DNA of 64,000 nt, taken from assembly GCA_963729895.1 (NCBI GenBank), contig CAVSQB010000008.1, positions 32,001 to 96,000 of the forward strand, in the 5' to 3' direction. The stretch's first letter is position 1; each line of letters starts with the position of its first letter. A model generated the notes under the pieces. It had not been told where the DNA came from, did not search any database, and saw nothing but the letters and a program-made list of their open reading frames with translations. The DNA comes from an uncultured Fibrobacterota bacterium. GTDB taxonomy: Bacteria; Fibrobacterota; Chitinivibrionia; Chitinivibrionales; FEN-1185. Position numbers and translations under genes: made by a program. This document shows, one piece after another, positions 17,924 to 27,809 of this stretch.

Positions 17924-20734
17924 ATGCTCAAAAAATTATTGGCGTCATGTGCATTTGTCCTGTTTTTATCGGCGCTTGTTTGCTATGCCGACACCTACAC
18001 GGGGGAGGCAAGCAACAGGTTAAGAATCAATCTGGGCGACACGCCTTGGAAGTTCATAAAATCGGACCCCGCAAACGCCCAGAGCCCTGCGGTAAGCGAT
18101 GCGACATGGAAGGACATTGGAGTTCCGTACACTCCGAATGACGATGATACCTTTGTGAACGGCGAGAGCGGCGGTGGTCCGATGTTTGGGGGCAATTGCT
18201 GGTACAGGAAACACTTCACCTTGGACAATGCCTATTCGGGACGGAAAATATTTATTGAAGTCGAGGGAGCTCACATGGGATGCCAGTTGTACATCAACGG
18301 TACGCTCATGAAGGGAAACAGCGCTGTCACCGCGAATGCAAGCGCCACCCACGTAATCGGTTTCATTGGTTTCGTTGTAGACGTTACGAACAATGTGACC
18401 TTCGGCGGGGCCGACAATCTGCTCGCCATGCGGGTCGGCTTTTCCCAGGGTTTTTACGAAGACCCGGGTTTTTCGGAAGTCTTCAGGTTCGGACAGGCTG
18501 ATGTTGGCGTCTTCCGGCCGGTGTGGCTGCATATCACCGACCCGGTCCATGTGCCGCTCAATGTGTATTCGGTTCTTAACAAGTGGGGAACCTGCGTTGC
18601 CACCACTGCCGCGACGGACGCTTCGGCTACGGTGCGCATCCAGACGAACGTGCAGAACGAAGGCGCCACGGACAAGAGCGTCACTCTCACCACCAAGATT
18701 GTGGACGCGACAAACACCGTGGTGTCGAGCATCGACAATACACAGACCGTACCCGCCGGCGGGATGTATATGTTCGACCAGACCGCCACAATAGCCAATC
18801 CGCATCTGTGGTACCCGAACAACAGCACCTACGGCACGCCGTACATGCATAAAGTTTACCACATTGTCAAGGTCGGCGGGACCACGGTTGACGTTTTTGA
18901 GAGCCCGCTGGGAATCCGCACGATCACCTGGGACGCAAATTTTCCCTATATCAATGGACACAAACATTGCCTATACGGCGCTTCGGCGCGGTACGATTAT
19001 CCCGCGCTGGGCACGGCAATGCCTCCGGAGCAGGAATACCGGGACGCACAGACACTTGCCAAAATCGGCGGCAGTCTCTGGAGACCCGGCCATTCGTCGT
19101 GCAGTCCCGGGTTCGTCCAGGCTTGCAACGACGAGGGTATCATGCTCATGCAGCCCAGCGGCGAAGGCGAGGGAGCCTTCTCAACCGGAGCAAATCCTCC
19201 GGCCGACCGCGTCACCCTCAAGGAGGAAATCCAGCGGGACGTATGCGTTCGGGATAGAAACGATCCGTCGATTCTCGCGTGGGAGGTAAGCAACGGCGAT
19301 ATCGATCCCGGTCTTTGTGACGCATTTAGGGCCGTTTGCAAAACATGGGACCCGCTTGCACCGCGCGCGATCTCCGTTCGCGGTGGACCGGAATTTCAGG
19401 CGGGCGACCTGATCGCATGCACGGTGACCGGTTGTGAAATAGGACTCCATCAGCAACACCCGCTGTGCCCGGGCTGGGGCGCGGAAGCCTGGGGCCATCA
19501 GGCCGCAAGGTTTGCCTATGACTATGAACTCCTGTTTGCCGAGGAGTTCGTACAAAACTGGAGAAAGAACATACAAGCCAACTGTTTCGGACTGTGCCAG
19601 TGGTATCTGGCAGAGACGCCCGGTGAGGCAGGGGATTTTGAAGGTGGTCCCACGGGGCCGGGGGTCCGCTCGTTCGGATCTTCCATGATGGATTTCAACC
19701 GTATCCCCAAGTTACTTTACAAGATATACAACACCTGCTGGGTGCCGTATTCTACCAAGCCTGTGGTTTTTCTGGGGTACCATTGGAACCGGGCGGGTGC
19801 GGTCACGGTCAACGCGTTCAGCAACTGCCCGCAGGTGAATCTTCTTATCAATGGTAATAGCCAAGGGATAAAAACGCCAAATCCCTGGACCGGGACGGGG
19901 GACGAGACAACAAATCAAACCACCACGGAGATGCCGTTTCAATGCTGGTGGAATGTAAACTGGGCAGCGGGAACTTTGCTTGCGCAAGGCCTTGATGCAA
20001 ATGGCAAGGTGGTATGCACCGACCAGAAAGTCACCGCCGGGGCCGCCGACCATATAGTTCTAACGGTGGATGCTCCAGTGGTAAAACCGGATGGCGAGGT
20101 TTTCCAGATCAGGGCCAACGGGTCCGACGCGGCTTTTATCGTGGCCACGGTGGTCGATGCGCAAGGCAACTGGGTTCCCACGGCAAGCATGAATATCAAT
20201 TTCCACACGAGCGGTCCCTGCGAATATCGCGGCGGCACCGATCAACTGGTCACCGCGGGACAGGGCTACGGCTATCATGCGCCTCTTGATTCCCAACTTC
20301 AGGCTGAGGGGGGAATGTGCAAGATAGTGGTGAGGTCACGTTGGACTCCGGGCGCCGTGAATGTCACGGCGACTTCTCCCGGACTGGGCACGGGAACTAC
20401 GTCGTTTACAATCAGCGACATAGCAACCCCGGTTGTGTACCGGCAGCCGGCCGCAACGTATTCGTCTGCAATGCCCGCATTCAGGATGGAAGTGCTGGGA
20501 AAAACTCTGCGATATTTCATCAGCAGACCCGGAAGCGTTGCCTTTGACATCATGAACGCTGGCGGAAGAGTACTGAAACATATTCCGGCTTTGCAATGTT
20601 CGGATGGGTGGCATCAGATCGCGCTTCTTGGTGCGACAGCCCTCAGCGAGGCGACAGGCAACGGCGTGTATTTCGTGCGTTGCAGCCTCGACGGCGCAAA
20701 TCAAAGCGTGAAACGCGTCGCCATGATCCGCTGA
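17924..20734 (+). CDS. Secreted glycoside hydrolase family 2 (beta-galactosidase-like) with DUF4982/Ig domains and C-terminal sorting-like tail
   Basis: Signal peptide; WYRKHF, GVFRPVWL, HLWYP, GIRTITW, RDRNDPSILAW, HWN..VNAFSNC, WAAGTL; tail FDIMNAGGRV..GVYFVR. Confidence 0.85.
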   Translation: MLKKLLASCAFVLFLSALVCYADTYTGEASNRLRINLGDTPWKFIKSDPANAQSPAVSDATWKDIGVPYTPNDDDTFVNGESGGGPMFGGNCWYRKHFTLDNAYSGRKIFIEVEGAHMGCQLYINGTLMKGNSAVTANASATHVIGFIGFVVDVTNNVTFGGADNLLAMRVGFSQGFYEDPGFSEVFRFGQADVGVFRPVWLHITDPVHVPLNVYSVLNKWGTCVATTAATDASATVRIQTNVQNEGATDKSVTLTTKIVDATNTVVSSIDNTQTVPAGGMYMFDQTATIANPHLWYPNNSTYGTPYMHKVYHIVKVGGTTVDVFESPLGIRTITWDANFPYINGHKHCLYGASARYDYPALGTAMPPEQEYRDAQTLAKIGGSLWRPGHSSCSPGFVQACNDEGIMLMQPSGEGEGAFSTGANPPADRVTLKEEIQRDVCVRDRNDPSILAWEVSNGDIDPGLCDAFRAVCKTWDPLAPRAISVRGGPEFQAGDLIACTVTGCEIGLHQQHPLCPGWGAEAWGHQAARFAYDYELLFAEEFVQNWRKNIQANCFGLCQWYLAETPGEAGDFEGGPTGPGVRSFGSSMMDFNRIPKLLYKIYNTCWVPYSTKPVVFLGYHWNRAGAVTVNAFSNCPQVNLLINGNSQGIKTPNPWTGTGDETTNQTTTEMPFQCWWNVNWAAGTLLAQGLDANGKVVCTDQKVTAGAADHIVLTVDAPVVKPDGEVFQIRANGSDAAFIVATVVDAQGNWVPTASMNINFHTSGPCEYRGGTDQLVTAGQGYGYHAPLDSQLQAEGGMCKIVVRSRWTPGAVNVTATSPGLGTGTTSFTISDIATPVVYRQPAATYSSAMPAFRMEVLGKTLRYFISRPGSVAFDIMNAGGRVLKHIPALQCSDGWHQIALLGATALSEATGNGVYFVRCSLDGANQSVKRVAMIR

Positions 20735-20758
20735 AATCGGCAAGCAGCAATGGTGCTC

Positions 20759-20800
20759 ACAGGGGCGGCCTGATGCGCGGCATCGGGCCGCCCCTGTTTT
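20759..20800 (+). terminator. Intrinsic terminator of the GH2 gene
   Basis: ACAGGGGCGGCCTGATGC-GCG-GCATCGGGCCGCCCCTGT hairpin followed by T run. Confidence 0.7.
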
Positions 20801-20847
20801 GATCCGCGCATGGCCTGCGCATCACACGCCTTCTTGGTCCCACCCGC

Positions 20848-20887
20848 AAAAACAAAAAAGGGCGCCCCTTCTCCCGAAGAAGCGCCC
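20848..20887 (-). terminator. Intrinsic terminator of the ech operon
   Basis: Minus strand GGGCGCTTCTTCGGGAGAAGGGGCGCCC then TTTTTTGTTTTT. Confidence 0.7.
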
Positions 20888-20911
20888 GTCCGTAATCCCA
20901 TCATCAGATCG

Positions 20912-21283
20912 CTACACCTGGGTCTCCCTCATCGAAGCCTTGTCTTCCTGATGCACTATGTCGTCGGCCCCCTTGAGCACCACGGCCGGCGAGTACTTGT
21001 TCTCCAGCCACAGGCACTTCTTGGGACAGGCATCCACGCACGCACCGCAGGAAATACAGCGAAGCCGGTTGATCTGCCAGTCCTTTGCCGCCTTTGTGAC
21101 GGTAATCGCCTGCGTGGGGCAGCGCTTCTGGCAGATGCCGCACAATATGCACCTGTCGATGTCGATGGCGACCGCGCCGCGGGTGTTCTTATAGAACGGC
21201 CTCTTTTCAAACGGATAGAGGCGCGTTGCGGGACGCGACAAGGCGCTGCGGGACACGACTTTTCCAATGGACATTTGTGACAT
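20912..21283 (-). CDS. echF: Ech hydrogenase subunit F (2x[4Fe-4S])
   Basis: PATRLYP..TRG, CILCGICQKRCP, CISCGACVDACP; operon position. Confidence 0.88.
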   Translation of the reverse strand: MSQMSIGKVVSRSALSRPATRLYPFEKRPFYKNTRGAVAIDIDRCILCGICQKRCPTQAITVTKAAKDWQINRLRCISCGACVDACPKKCLWLENKYSPAVVLKGADDIVHQEDKASMRETQV

Positions 21284-21285
21284 TG

Positions 21286-22365
21286 TTACCGCTCCGTGCA
21301 GCTGATACAGGGGTCGATGGTGAGCACGATCACGGGCACGTCGGCAAGTTCGCACCCGCCGAGCATTTTCACCAGCGGCGGGATATTTGCAAACGTGGGC
21401 GTGCGCACGCGGAAGCGCTCGAGGTTCTTGGTATTGTTGGCCTTGACATAGTAAATAACTTCGCCGCGCGGCTGTTCGGTGCGGCCGAAGTACTCGCCGT
21501 TAGGATTTCCCGTCACTTTCACGTCAACCGGGCCGTCGGGGATTTTCGCGGTCGACTGATAAATCATGTCGAACGATGCGTACAATTCTCGGCAGCGCAC
21601 CATGCACCGCGCGTAGCAGTCGCAGCCGGTCTCCACGATGGGTTCCCAATTGATTTTTGCGTATGCGGCGTATCCGAGCTTGCGCAAATCCGACGAAACG
21701 CCGCTTCCGCGGAGCGTGGGGCCCACCGCGCCGAGCGCGAGCGCGTCTTCTTTGGAAAGCATGCCCTTGCCAACCGTCCTGCGCTTCACCGAGCTGTCCT
21801 TCCTGAAGACATCGGTGATCTCGTGACACATTTTTTCTATGGTCCTGAGTTCGCCTTCAATCCGCTTAAGCGTCAGGTTGTCGATGTCGCGGCGAACGCC
21901 GCCTATCTTTGCGGACCCGAATATCACGCGTCCGCCCGTTGTCTCTTCTATGATGTCGACGATCTTTTCCCTCACGCGCCACGAATGCATGAAGAGGCTT
22001 TCGAACCCGAACCCGTCGGCAAACAGGCCGAGCCACAGGAGGTGGCTGTGAATACGGGACATTTCGCCCCAGATCGTCCGCAGGTACAGCGCGCGTTCCG
22101 GTACGTCAATCTTCATCACCCCTTCTATGGCCTGGCAATACGACTGCCCGTGGATGAAGCTGCAGATGCCGCAGATGCGCTCGGCCACATAGGTCATTTC
22201 CTGGAAGTCTTTCTTTTCGACAAGCTTTTCCAGGCCGCGGTGAATGAACCCGATGGACGGGATCGCACTAACGACCTTCTCGTCTTCGAGTACGAGATCG
22301 AGGTGGATCGGCTCCGGAAGAACGGGATGTTGCGGTCCGAACGGAATAATGGTGCGGGTTGCCAT
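21286..22365 (-). CDS. echE: Ech [NiFe]-hydrogenase large subunit
   Basis: PFGPQHP, ERICGIC (L1), DPCISCTER at the very C-terminus (L2, no cleavable extension). Confidence 0.93.
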   Translation of the reverse strand: MATRTIIPFGPQHPVLPEPIHLDLVLEDEKVVSAIPSIGFIHRGLEKLVEKKDFQEMTYVAERICGICSFIHGQSYCQAIEGVMKIDVPERALYLRTIWGEMSRIHSHLLWLGLFADGFGFESLFMHSWRVREKIVDIIEETTGGRVIFGSAKIGGVRRDIDNLTLKRIEGELRTIEKMCHEITDVFRKDSSVKRRTVGKGMLSKEDALALGAVGPTLRGSGVSSDLRKLGYAAYAKINWEPIVETGCDCYARCMVRCRELYASFDMIYQSTAKIPDGPVDVKVTGNPNGEYFGRTEQPRGEVIYYVKANNTKNLERFRVRTPTFANIPPLVKMLGGCELADVPVIVLTIDPCISCTER

Positions 22366-22367
22366 AG

Positions 22368-22739
22368 TTACTGCGCCGGTTGTTGAGGTTGTGGGGCAAA
22401 CGGTGTCTTGATCGAAAGCTTGTAGAATTTGCCCTTAAAGTCGAGTGCAAGGCCCTTCACGGTGATGCCGAACAGGTCCTGCAGTTCGTTCTCGTAGGTG
22501 AACGCGGCAAAATACGCGCCGGTGATGCTCGGCAGTTCCAGATCGCTCTTCTGAAGCACCGTGCGTATATGCGAACACTTGTATTCTTTATCGAACGTGT
22601 AGGTTACTTCGTACACGTCCTTTGCGGCGCAGCTGATCTGAACAAGACGCCATCCGTCTTTGCTCATCTGCGTCGCTTTTTCGACAATCTGGGACTTATC
22701 CACCACGGCCATGGATTGTTCTTCACGGTGTACCATCAT
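22368..22739 (-). CDS. echD: Ech hydrogenase subunit D (NuoC-like)
   Basis: LPSITGAYFAAFTYENELQDLFGI; ATGA overlap with echC. Confidence 0.87.
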   Translation of the reverse strand: MMVHREEQSMAVVDKSQIVEKATQMSKDGWRLVQISCAAKDVYEVTYTFDKEYKCSHIRTVLQKSDLELPSITGAYFAAFTYENELQDLFGITVKGLALDFKGKFYKLSIKTPFAPQPQQPAQ

Positions 22740-23179
22740 GCGCTCGCTTTCATCGCCTTGAGGGCTCCGGCTTTCTTTTCCAGCACGCCGAGCGCCGCGA
22801 CAACGCCGTCGATAATGGCCTCGGGCCTCACCGCGCACCCGGGAATGTAGATGTCGACCGGTATGGTGGTGTCCACGCCGCCCTTTACGTTATAGCATTC
22901 GCGGAATATCCCGCCGCTCGTGGCGCAGATCCCGATTGCCGCCACCACTTTGGGATCGGGCATCTGGTTATAAATGTTGCGCACGACTTCGACATTCTGC
23001 TCATTTATGGTGCCGGTAATCAGGAAAACATCCGCATGCTTCGGGTTGCCGGTATTGATGATGCCGAAGCGTTCGATGTCGTACAGCGGCGTAAGGCACG
23101 CAAGCACTTCGATGTCGCAGCCGTTGCAGCTCGATCCATCGTAGTGAATGATCCACGGAGATTTCTTAAGAAAACTCAT
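22736..23179 (-). CDS. echC: Ech hydrogenase small subunit
   Basis: KSPWIIHYDGSSCNGCDIE, GNPKHAD, GICATSGG, YIPGCAVRPE. Confidence 0.92.
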   Translation of the reverse strand: MSFLKKSPWIIHYDGSSCNGCDIEVLACLTPLYDIERFGIINTGNPKHADVFLITGTINEQNVEVVRNIYNQMPDPKVVAAIGICATSGGIFRECYNVKGGVDTTIPVDIYIPGCAVRPEAIIDGVVAALGVLEKKAGALKAMKASA

Positions 23180-23186
23180 TTTCCCC

Positions 23187-24041
23187 TCATTTGACCAGGA
23201 AGGCGATGACGAAAAGGTTCACGACCCCAAATATTCCGCCCACGATCCAGGAGGATTTCACGGTAAAACGCCATGTGAGCCGGGCGTAGGTATTATCTAC
23301 CAGGATTTCAATTATATACGCGACAACCACGGCGAAAATTGCGACAACCCAGTTGAACGCGAAAAATAGGTACACGAAACCCATGAGCAGCACGTTTTCG
23401 TACCAGTGCGATATCTCGATGATTGCAAGTGCAGAGCCCGAGAACTCGGTCGTCGCTCCCTTGACGAGCTCCTGATGGCCGTGGTGCGAGGTTGAAAGGT
23501 CGAACGGAGATTTCCTGAGCTTTATCGTGAGGATAAACAGAAACGCCAGAAATACTCCGGGAAGAAAAACAAAGAGGGGCTTTTGAAAGGCGGCTATATC
23601 GCGGACCTGCCAGCTCTTTGTCACCATGAACATGCCGAGCGCGGCAATGATAAGCACCGGCTCGTACGACATCATCTGCAGGAGTTCACGCTCCGCCCCG
23701 ATGTTCGAATACGGCGAGTTCGGCGAATAGGCGCCGAGCGCGAAAAACACGCCCGCCACGGTAAGGGCGAAAATGGTGAGGAGCAGGTCGCCGCCCGAGA
23801 AGAAGAGCGCGCCGGTCACCACGACGAATGCGAGGAAGCAGATCATGTAGAAATTCTGGTAGCTGTTGACCACGACGCCCCGCTTGCCGAAAAGTTTGAG
23901 CACGTCGTAGAACGGCTGCAAAAGCGGCGGTCCCACACGCGACTGCATGCGCGCGGTAATGATGCGGTCGGCCCCGGCAAGAAGCCCGCCGATAAAGGGG
24001 GCAAGCGCGACCCAGGCAACAACACAGAGAGCCGTTTTCAT
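23187..24041 (-). CDS. echB: Ech hydrogenase membrane subunit B (NuoH-like)
   Basis: ARMQSRVGPPLLQPFYDVLKL, KSPFDLSTSHHGHQELVKG; ATGA overlap with echA. Confidence 0.9.
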   Translation of the reverse strand: MKTALCVVAWVALAPFIGGLLAGADRIITARMQSRVGPPLLQPFYDVLKLFGKRGVVVNSYQNFYMICFLAFVVVTGALFFSGGDLLLTIFALTVAGVFFALGAYSPNSPYSNIGAERELLQMMSYEPVLIIAALGMFMVTKSWQVRDIAAFQKPLFVFLPGVFLAFLFILTIKLRKSPFDLSTSHHGHQELVKGATTEFSGSALAIIEISHWYENVLLMGFVYLFFAFNWVVAIFAVVVAYIIEILVDNTYARLTWRFTVKSSWIVGGIFGVVNLFVIAFLVK

Positions 24042-25933
24042 AGTTTTACCACCGAGAACATGATGACGATAAGCGCGATTGTAATCAGGATGCTTGCAAT
24101 TGTTAGTTTCTTTTCGCTGAAAAAGCCGGCCAGATAATAGTTGCGCATCGTGGACTGCTGCACCACGCCCATGGCGCCGAGGAACGATCCGTTCTCCCCG
24201 GCATTCGCGCCTCCAAGGTATCGCTGGACATAGTTGGATTTTTTCGGGTACACCAGGAAGCTGAGCGGCAGGAGGATCATGAGGCCGAGCAATATCGCCA
24301 TGATGACGATATTCCCCTGTGTCAAGGTGACGGTGGCATGATAGAGAGAGGATATATACGGTTCCACGATTATCCGCGATACCACCGGAAACAGCGCGGC
24401 AATCGCCACGGTGCCGATGGCGAGCAGGCCGAGCGCCGTCCATTCGTCCTTTGCCACGCGCCCCTCCCCTTTCCTGATGTCTCCGGGAACGCTCACGATC
24501 TTGCCCATCCACTTTGCCCAGAAAAACAGCGTCGGGGCGCTGCCGTACGCAAGCAGGATTGCGATGATCGGCGTTCCTTTTACATTTACAAAAGATTCGA
24601 GGCAGGCCCATTTACTGATGAGCATCCCGAACGGAGCGAGAAACATGCCGAGAATGCCGACGAGCATCACCATGGCGAGCCCGGGGCGGCTCACGATGAG
24701 GCCGTCCATGTCTTCTATATCGCGGCTGCCTATCTTGTGCTCAATGGAGCCAACGCCCAGGAAGAGCAGGCCCTTGGAAACGGCGTGGAATATGGTGAGG
24801 AATACGGCGGCCCACAGCGTCTCGTAGGTGCCTATGCCTGCGCACGCCACAATGAGCCCGAGGTTGGCGATGGTGGAATAGGCAAGCACCCGTTTCGCGT
24901 TGCTCTGAGTGACCGCGATAATTGACGTCATAAGAAACGTGACGCCGCCGATAAGCGCCAGGAAATAACCGGCCCAGGTTCCCTGAAGGACCGGCGCGAA
25001 CTTGATGATGATGAAAATTCCCGCCTTGACCATCGTGCTCGAATGCAGCAGCGCGGACACCGGCGTCGGCGCCACCATGGCGCCAAGCAACCACGACGAG
25101 AACGGCATTTGCGCCGATTTTGCAACGCCGGCAAAGGAAATGAGGACCACCGGGATAAGCACGATCCCGGGTCCGAGCGCGATCACGCGGGAAAGGTCGA
25201 CCGTATGTTCCGGACAAAACTTGACAAGATAAAGAATTCCCCCGGCGAAACCGAGCCCGCCCAGCAGATTGAGCCCGAGCGCGCGGTAGGCATTGCGCAC
25301 GGCCTCTTCGGTCTTGGGGTACCCGATGAGAATAAAGGAAGAAAGCGTGGTAATTTCCCAGAAGAAGTACAACCACACCAGGTTGTTTGAAAACACCACG
25401 CCGAACATCGCAGAAAGGAAGAAGAACAGAATGAAGAAGAAGCTGCGCTGCCTGTTCTTTATCTCGGGGTGGTGGTGATGATAATCCTTCATGTAGCTGA
25501 TCGCATACAAGCAGATGAGGCTGCCGATGATGCCGATAATAAGCGCCATGATAATGGAAAAGTTGTCTATGTAAAGCGCGTTTTCAACCGCGGGCACTGC
25601 GCCGGTCAGTTCGCAATATGCCATGATTCCCGCCTGAAGAACTATCAAAACGGGGATGTACCATTCCCTGCTCTTGATGCCGATGCATTTGAAAAGCAGG
25701 AACAGCGAAAGGACCATTTCACCGGCAAAAAACAGCATGTCGATGTGCGGAAAATCCGCCTTGAAAGACTGATACCCCTGCCCGTTGAACGCGACAGCCG
25801 CAAACACGGACCCGGCCGCAATAAGCAGGCAGCTTATGCGCACCAGCGCGTTGCGGAAACCGTTCGGCGGGAGAACGGCAAAGAGCAGGGACACGGCAGC
25901 GGGAAACAACAGGAGAAAAAGCAGTATGTTCAT
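24038..25933 (-). CDS. echA: Ech hydrogenase membrane subunit A (NuoL/antiporter-like)
   Basis: FFWEITTLSSF, KSAQMPFSSWLLGAMVAPTPVSALLHSSTMVKAG, KRVLAYST, HAVSKGLLFL. Confidence 0.92.
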   Translation of the reverse strand: MNILLFLLLFPAAVSLLFAVLPPNGFRNALVRISCLLIAAGSVFAAVAFNGQGYQSFKADFPHIDMLFFAGEMVLSLFLLFKCIGIKSREWYIPVLIVLQAGIMAYCELTGAVPAVENALYIDNFSIIMALIIGIIGSLICLYAISYMKDYHHHHPEIKNRQRSFFFILFFFLSAMFGVVFSNNLVWLYFFWEITTLSSFILIGYPKTEEAVRNAYRALGLNLLGGLGFAGGILYLVKFCPEHTVDLSRVIALGPGIVLIPVVLISFAGVAKSAQMPFSSWLLGAMVAPTPVSALLHSSTMVKAGIFIIIKFAPVLQGTWAGYFLALIGGVTFLMTSIIAVTQSNAKRVLAYSTIANLGLIVACAGIGTYETLWAAVFLTIFHAVSKGLLFLGVGSIEHKIGSRDIEDMDGLIVSRPGLAMVMLVGILGMFLAPFGMLISKWACLESFVNVKGTPIIAILLAYGSAPTLFFWAKWMGKIVSVPGDIRKGEGRVAKDEWTALGLLAIGTVAIAALFPVVSRIIVEPYISSLYHATVTLTQGNIVIMAILLGLMILLPLSFLVYPKKSNYVQRYLGGANAGENGSFLGAMGVVQQSTMRNYYLAGFFSEKKLTIASILITIALIVIMFSVVKL

Positions 25934-26177
25934 CGGCTCCCTCGCGGACAGCCATCCGGGCCGGCTGCAAACTTCTACAGTGGGAAGGCGGCGAACCTGG
26001 AGCGCCTCGCTCAAATCAGGACGCCGGAAGCGTTAAAAAAGACATTAAAAATGGAATATGGGCGGAGGTAAGGCAAGGAATATCTGACCGGCATGGAGGC
26101 GGTTTAATAAAGCCCGACGTAGTATAAGTTGTATAACGCGCAGCAACATCAAATTACCACATCAAATTACAAATACG

Positions 26178-26274
26178 ATGCGTTTGGATGGCTGTGCCGG
26201 GTGACCCCCAAGTGAGTTTATTTGCGAGAATCCGATCTTCGGTTGGGGGGCACCCTCGAAGGGTAGCTGGAAGG
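26178..26274 (+). repeat. Structured repeat end A, copy 3
   Basis: TTTGGATGGCTGTGCCGGGTGACCCCCAAGTGAG..GCGAGAATCCGATCTTCGGTTGGGGGGCACCCTCGAAG..GCTG. Confidence 0.85.
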
Positions 26275-26331
26275 TTGGAAACCTGGTTTCGAAATGGAAA
26301 TGCAACCTAGTGCGTCTTGTCAGATGCGCAT

Positions 26332-26512
26332 GCGTTAGGCAGGACTGGAGGGTGCGCCGAAGCGCAGTGCCGCCTGACCCCGGCCCAAAGGGCCATAGGG
26401 GCGGCGCGGCACCGAGGCCTTTCGGCCGAGCCCGGAAGGACGGCCGCCCCCGGGCCTGTAGGGGCAGGTTTGAAACCTGCCCCTACAGGCCCGGGGGAAC
26501 GCCCATTTCTTT
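26332..26512 (+). repeat. Structured repeat end B, copy 3 (carries a GTAG-type palindrome)
   Basis: GTGCGCCGAAGCGCA, GGCACCGAGGCCTTTCGGCCGAGC, ends AACGCCCATTTCT. Confidence 0.8.
26447..26497. repeat. Perfect 25-bp inverted repeat with GTAG REP-like core
   Basis: CCCCCGGGCCTGTAGGGGCAGGTTT-G-AAACCTGCCCCTACAGGCCCGGGGG. Confidence 0.85.
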
Positions 26513-26535
26513 AGGTCAATCCCTTGGTATGACAA

Positions 26536-27717
26536 CTACCTGCACTTCTTTATCGCGTATTCGAACCCTTCAAACGACCGCTTGATGATCTCCTCGCTCA
26601 CGCAAAACACGATGCGGAAATACCCCGGCGCGCCGAAGCCCGTGCCCGGAACGACGAGCACGAGTTTTTCCCGCAGGACATTGACAAACTCAACATCGTT
26701 TCCTCCCGGCGCCTTGGGAAAGAGATAAAATGTTCCGCCCGGGGTGACAAAATCGTATCCCATGTTCCTGAGGTTTCCGCACAACAGGTCACGACGCCGC
26801 TTGTACAAATCGACATCCACGCTGATGCCCTGGGTCTTTGCCGCCACACGCTGCATGAGCGCGGGCGCGTTGACGTAGCCGAGGATGCGGTTGCAGAGGA
26901 TCATGCCGTCGAGAAGATTCCCCACATCATCGGCCTGCGGATGGACCGCGATATACCCGAGCCGCTCGCCCGGGATGGAAAGGTCCTTTGAGTATGAATT
27001 TACCACGATGCTGTTCCTGTAGTTTGAAAACAACGGCGGCACCGCGAGTCCGTCGTACACGATTTTCCTGTACGGCTCGTCGCTGATAAGATAAACGGCC
27101 CTGCCGGTTTCCGCGCTCTTCCGTTCGAGCATCCGGCCCAATTCCCTGATGGTCTGTTCCGGATACACCTTGCCGGTGGGATTGTTGGGCGAATTGATGA
27201 GTACGGCTGCGGTCTTCCTGTCAATCGCCTTTTCCAGGGCGGGAATGTCGAGATTGAAGTCGTCTTTGGTCTTTACCAGCACCATTGCTCCGCCGTGATT
27301 GCGTATGTAGAAATTGTATTCCACAAAATAGGGCACGTTCACCAGAACGGCGTCGCCCGGGTTCAGAATCGACTTGAGCGCCACATTGAGACCTCCGCCC
27401 GCGCCGCACGTCATGATGACATTGTTCTCGCCGGTGGCAACACCTTGCTCCCTGGACACAAATGCGGCAACGCTCTGCCGCGTCTCGAAGAATCCGGCGT
27501 TCGCCATATACCCGTGTTTGAGCGGAATCTTCTGATTTACAATATCAACAAGCGTCTTCTGAAACAGCGCAGGCGGCTCCAGGTCCGGATTCCCCAGAGT
27601 AAAGTCGCAGACGTTGTTCTCGCCGTGTTGTTTCTTGAGCTGGGCGCCCAGCTCGAACATCTTTCTGATGAACGACGAGTTGGCCATGGTTTCTTTGATG
27701 TGTGCTGCGACCGCCAT
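26536..27717 (-). CDS. PLP-dependent aminotransferase class I/II (aspartate aminotransferase-like)
   Basis: SSFIRKMFE, LGNPD, INSPNNPTG, SDEPY, SYSKDLSIPGERLGY. Confidence 0.9.
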   Translation of the reverse strand: MAVAAHIKETMANSSFIRKMFELGAQLKKQHGENNVCDFTLGNPDLEPPALFQKTLVDIVNQKIPLKHGYMANAGFFETRQSVAAFVSREQGVATGENNVIMTCGAGGGLNVALKSILNPGDAVLVNVPYFVEYNFYIRNHGGAMVLVKTKDDFNLDIPALEKAIDRKTAAVLINSPNNPTGKVYPEQTIRELGRMLERKSAETGRAVYLISDEPYRKIVYDGLAVPPLFSNYRNSIVVNSYSKDLSIPGERLGYIAVHPQADDVGNLLDGMILCNRILGYVNAPALMQRVAAKTQGISVDVDLYKRRRDLLCGNLRNMGYDFVTPGGTFYLFPKAPGGNDVEFVNVLREKLVLVVPGTGFGAPGYFRIVFCVSEEIIKRSFEGFEYAIKKCR

Positions 27718-27809
27718 TCAAGGCTCCCTTCGTGCGAAAGAGGATTAGTCGTTGATCCGCTGCGTTTTGACCCGAGATACCTACGTCATCTCCGGCGCCA
27801 TATCTACCG

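Noticed and set aside
21286..22365. Hydrogenase large subunit lacking the C-terminal extension as a novelty
   Set aside because: This is normal for Ech-type group 4 enzymes.
26145..26171. Direct repeat ACATCAAATTAC x2 before A copy 3 as a target-site duplication
   Set aside because: Both copies are on the same side of the element; none is found after B.
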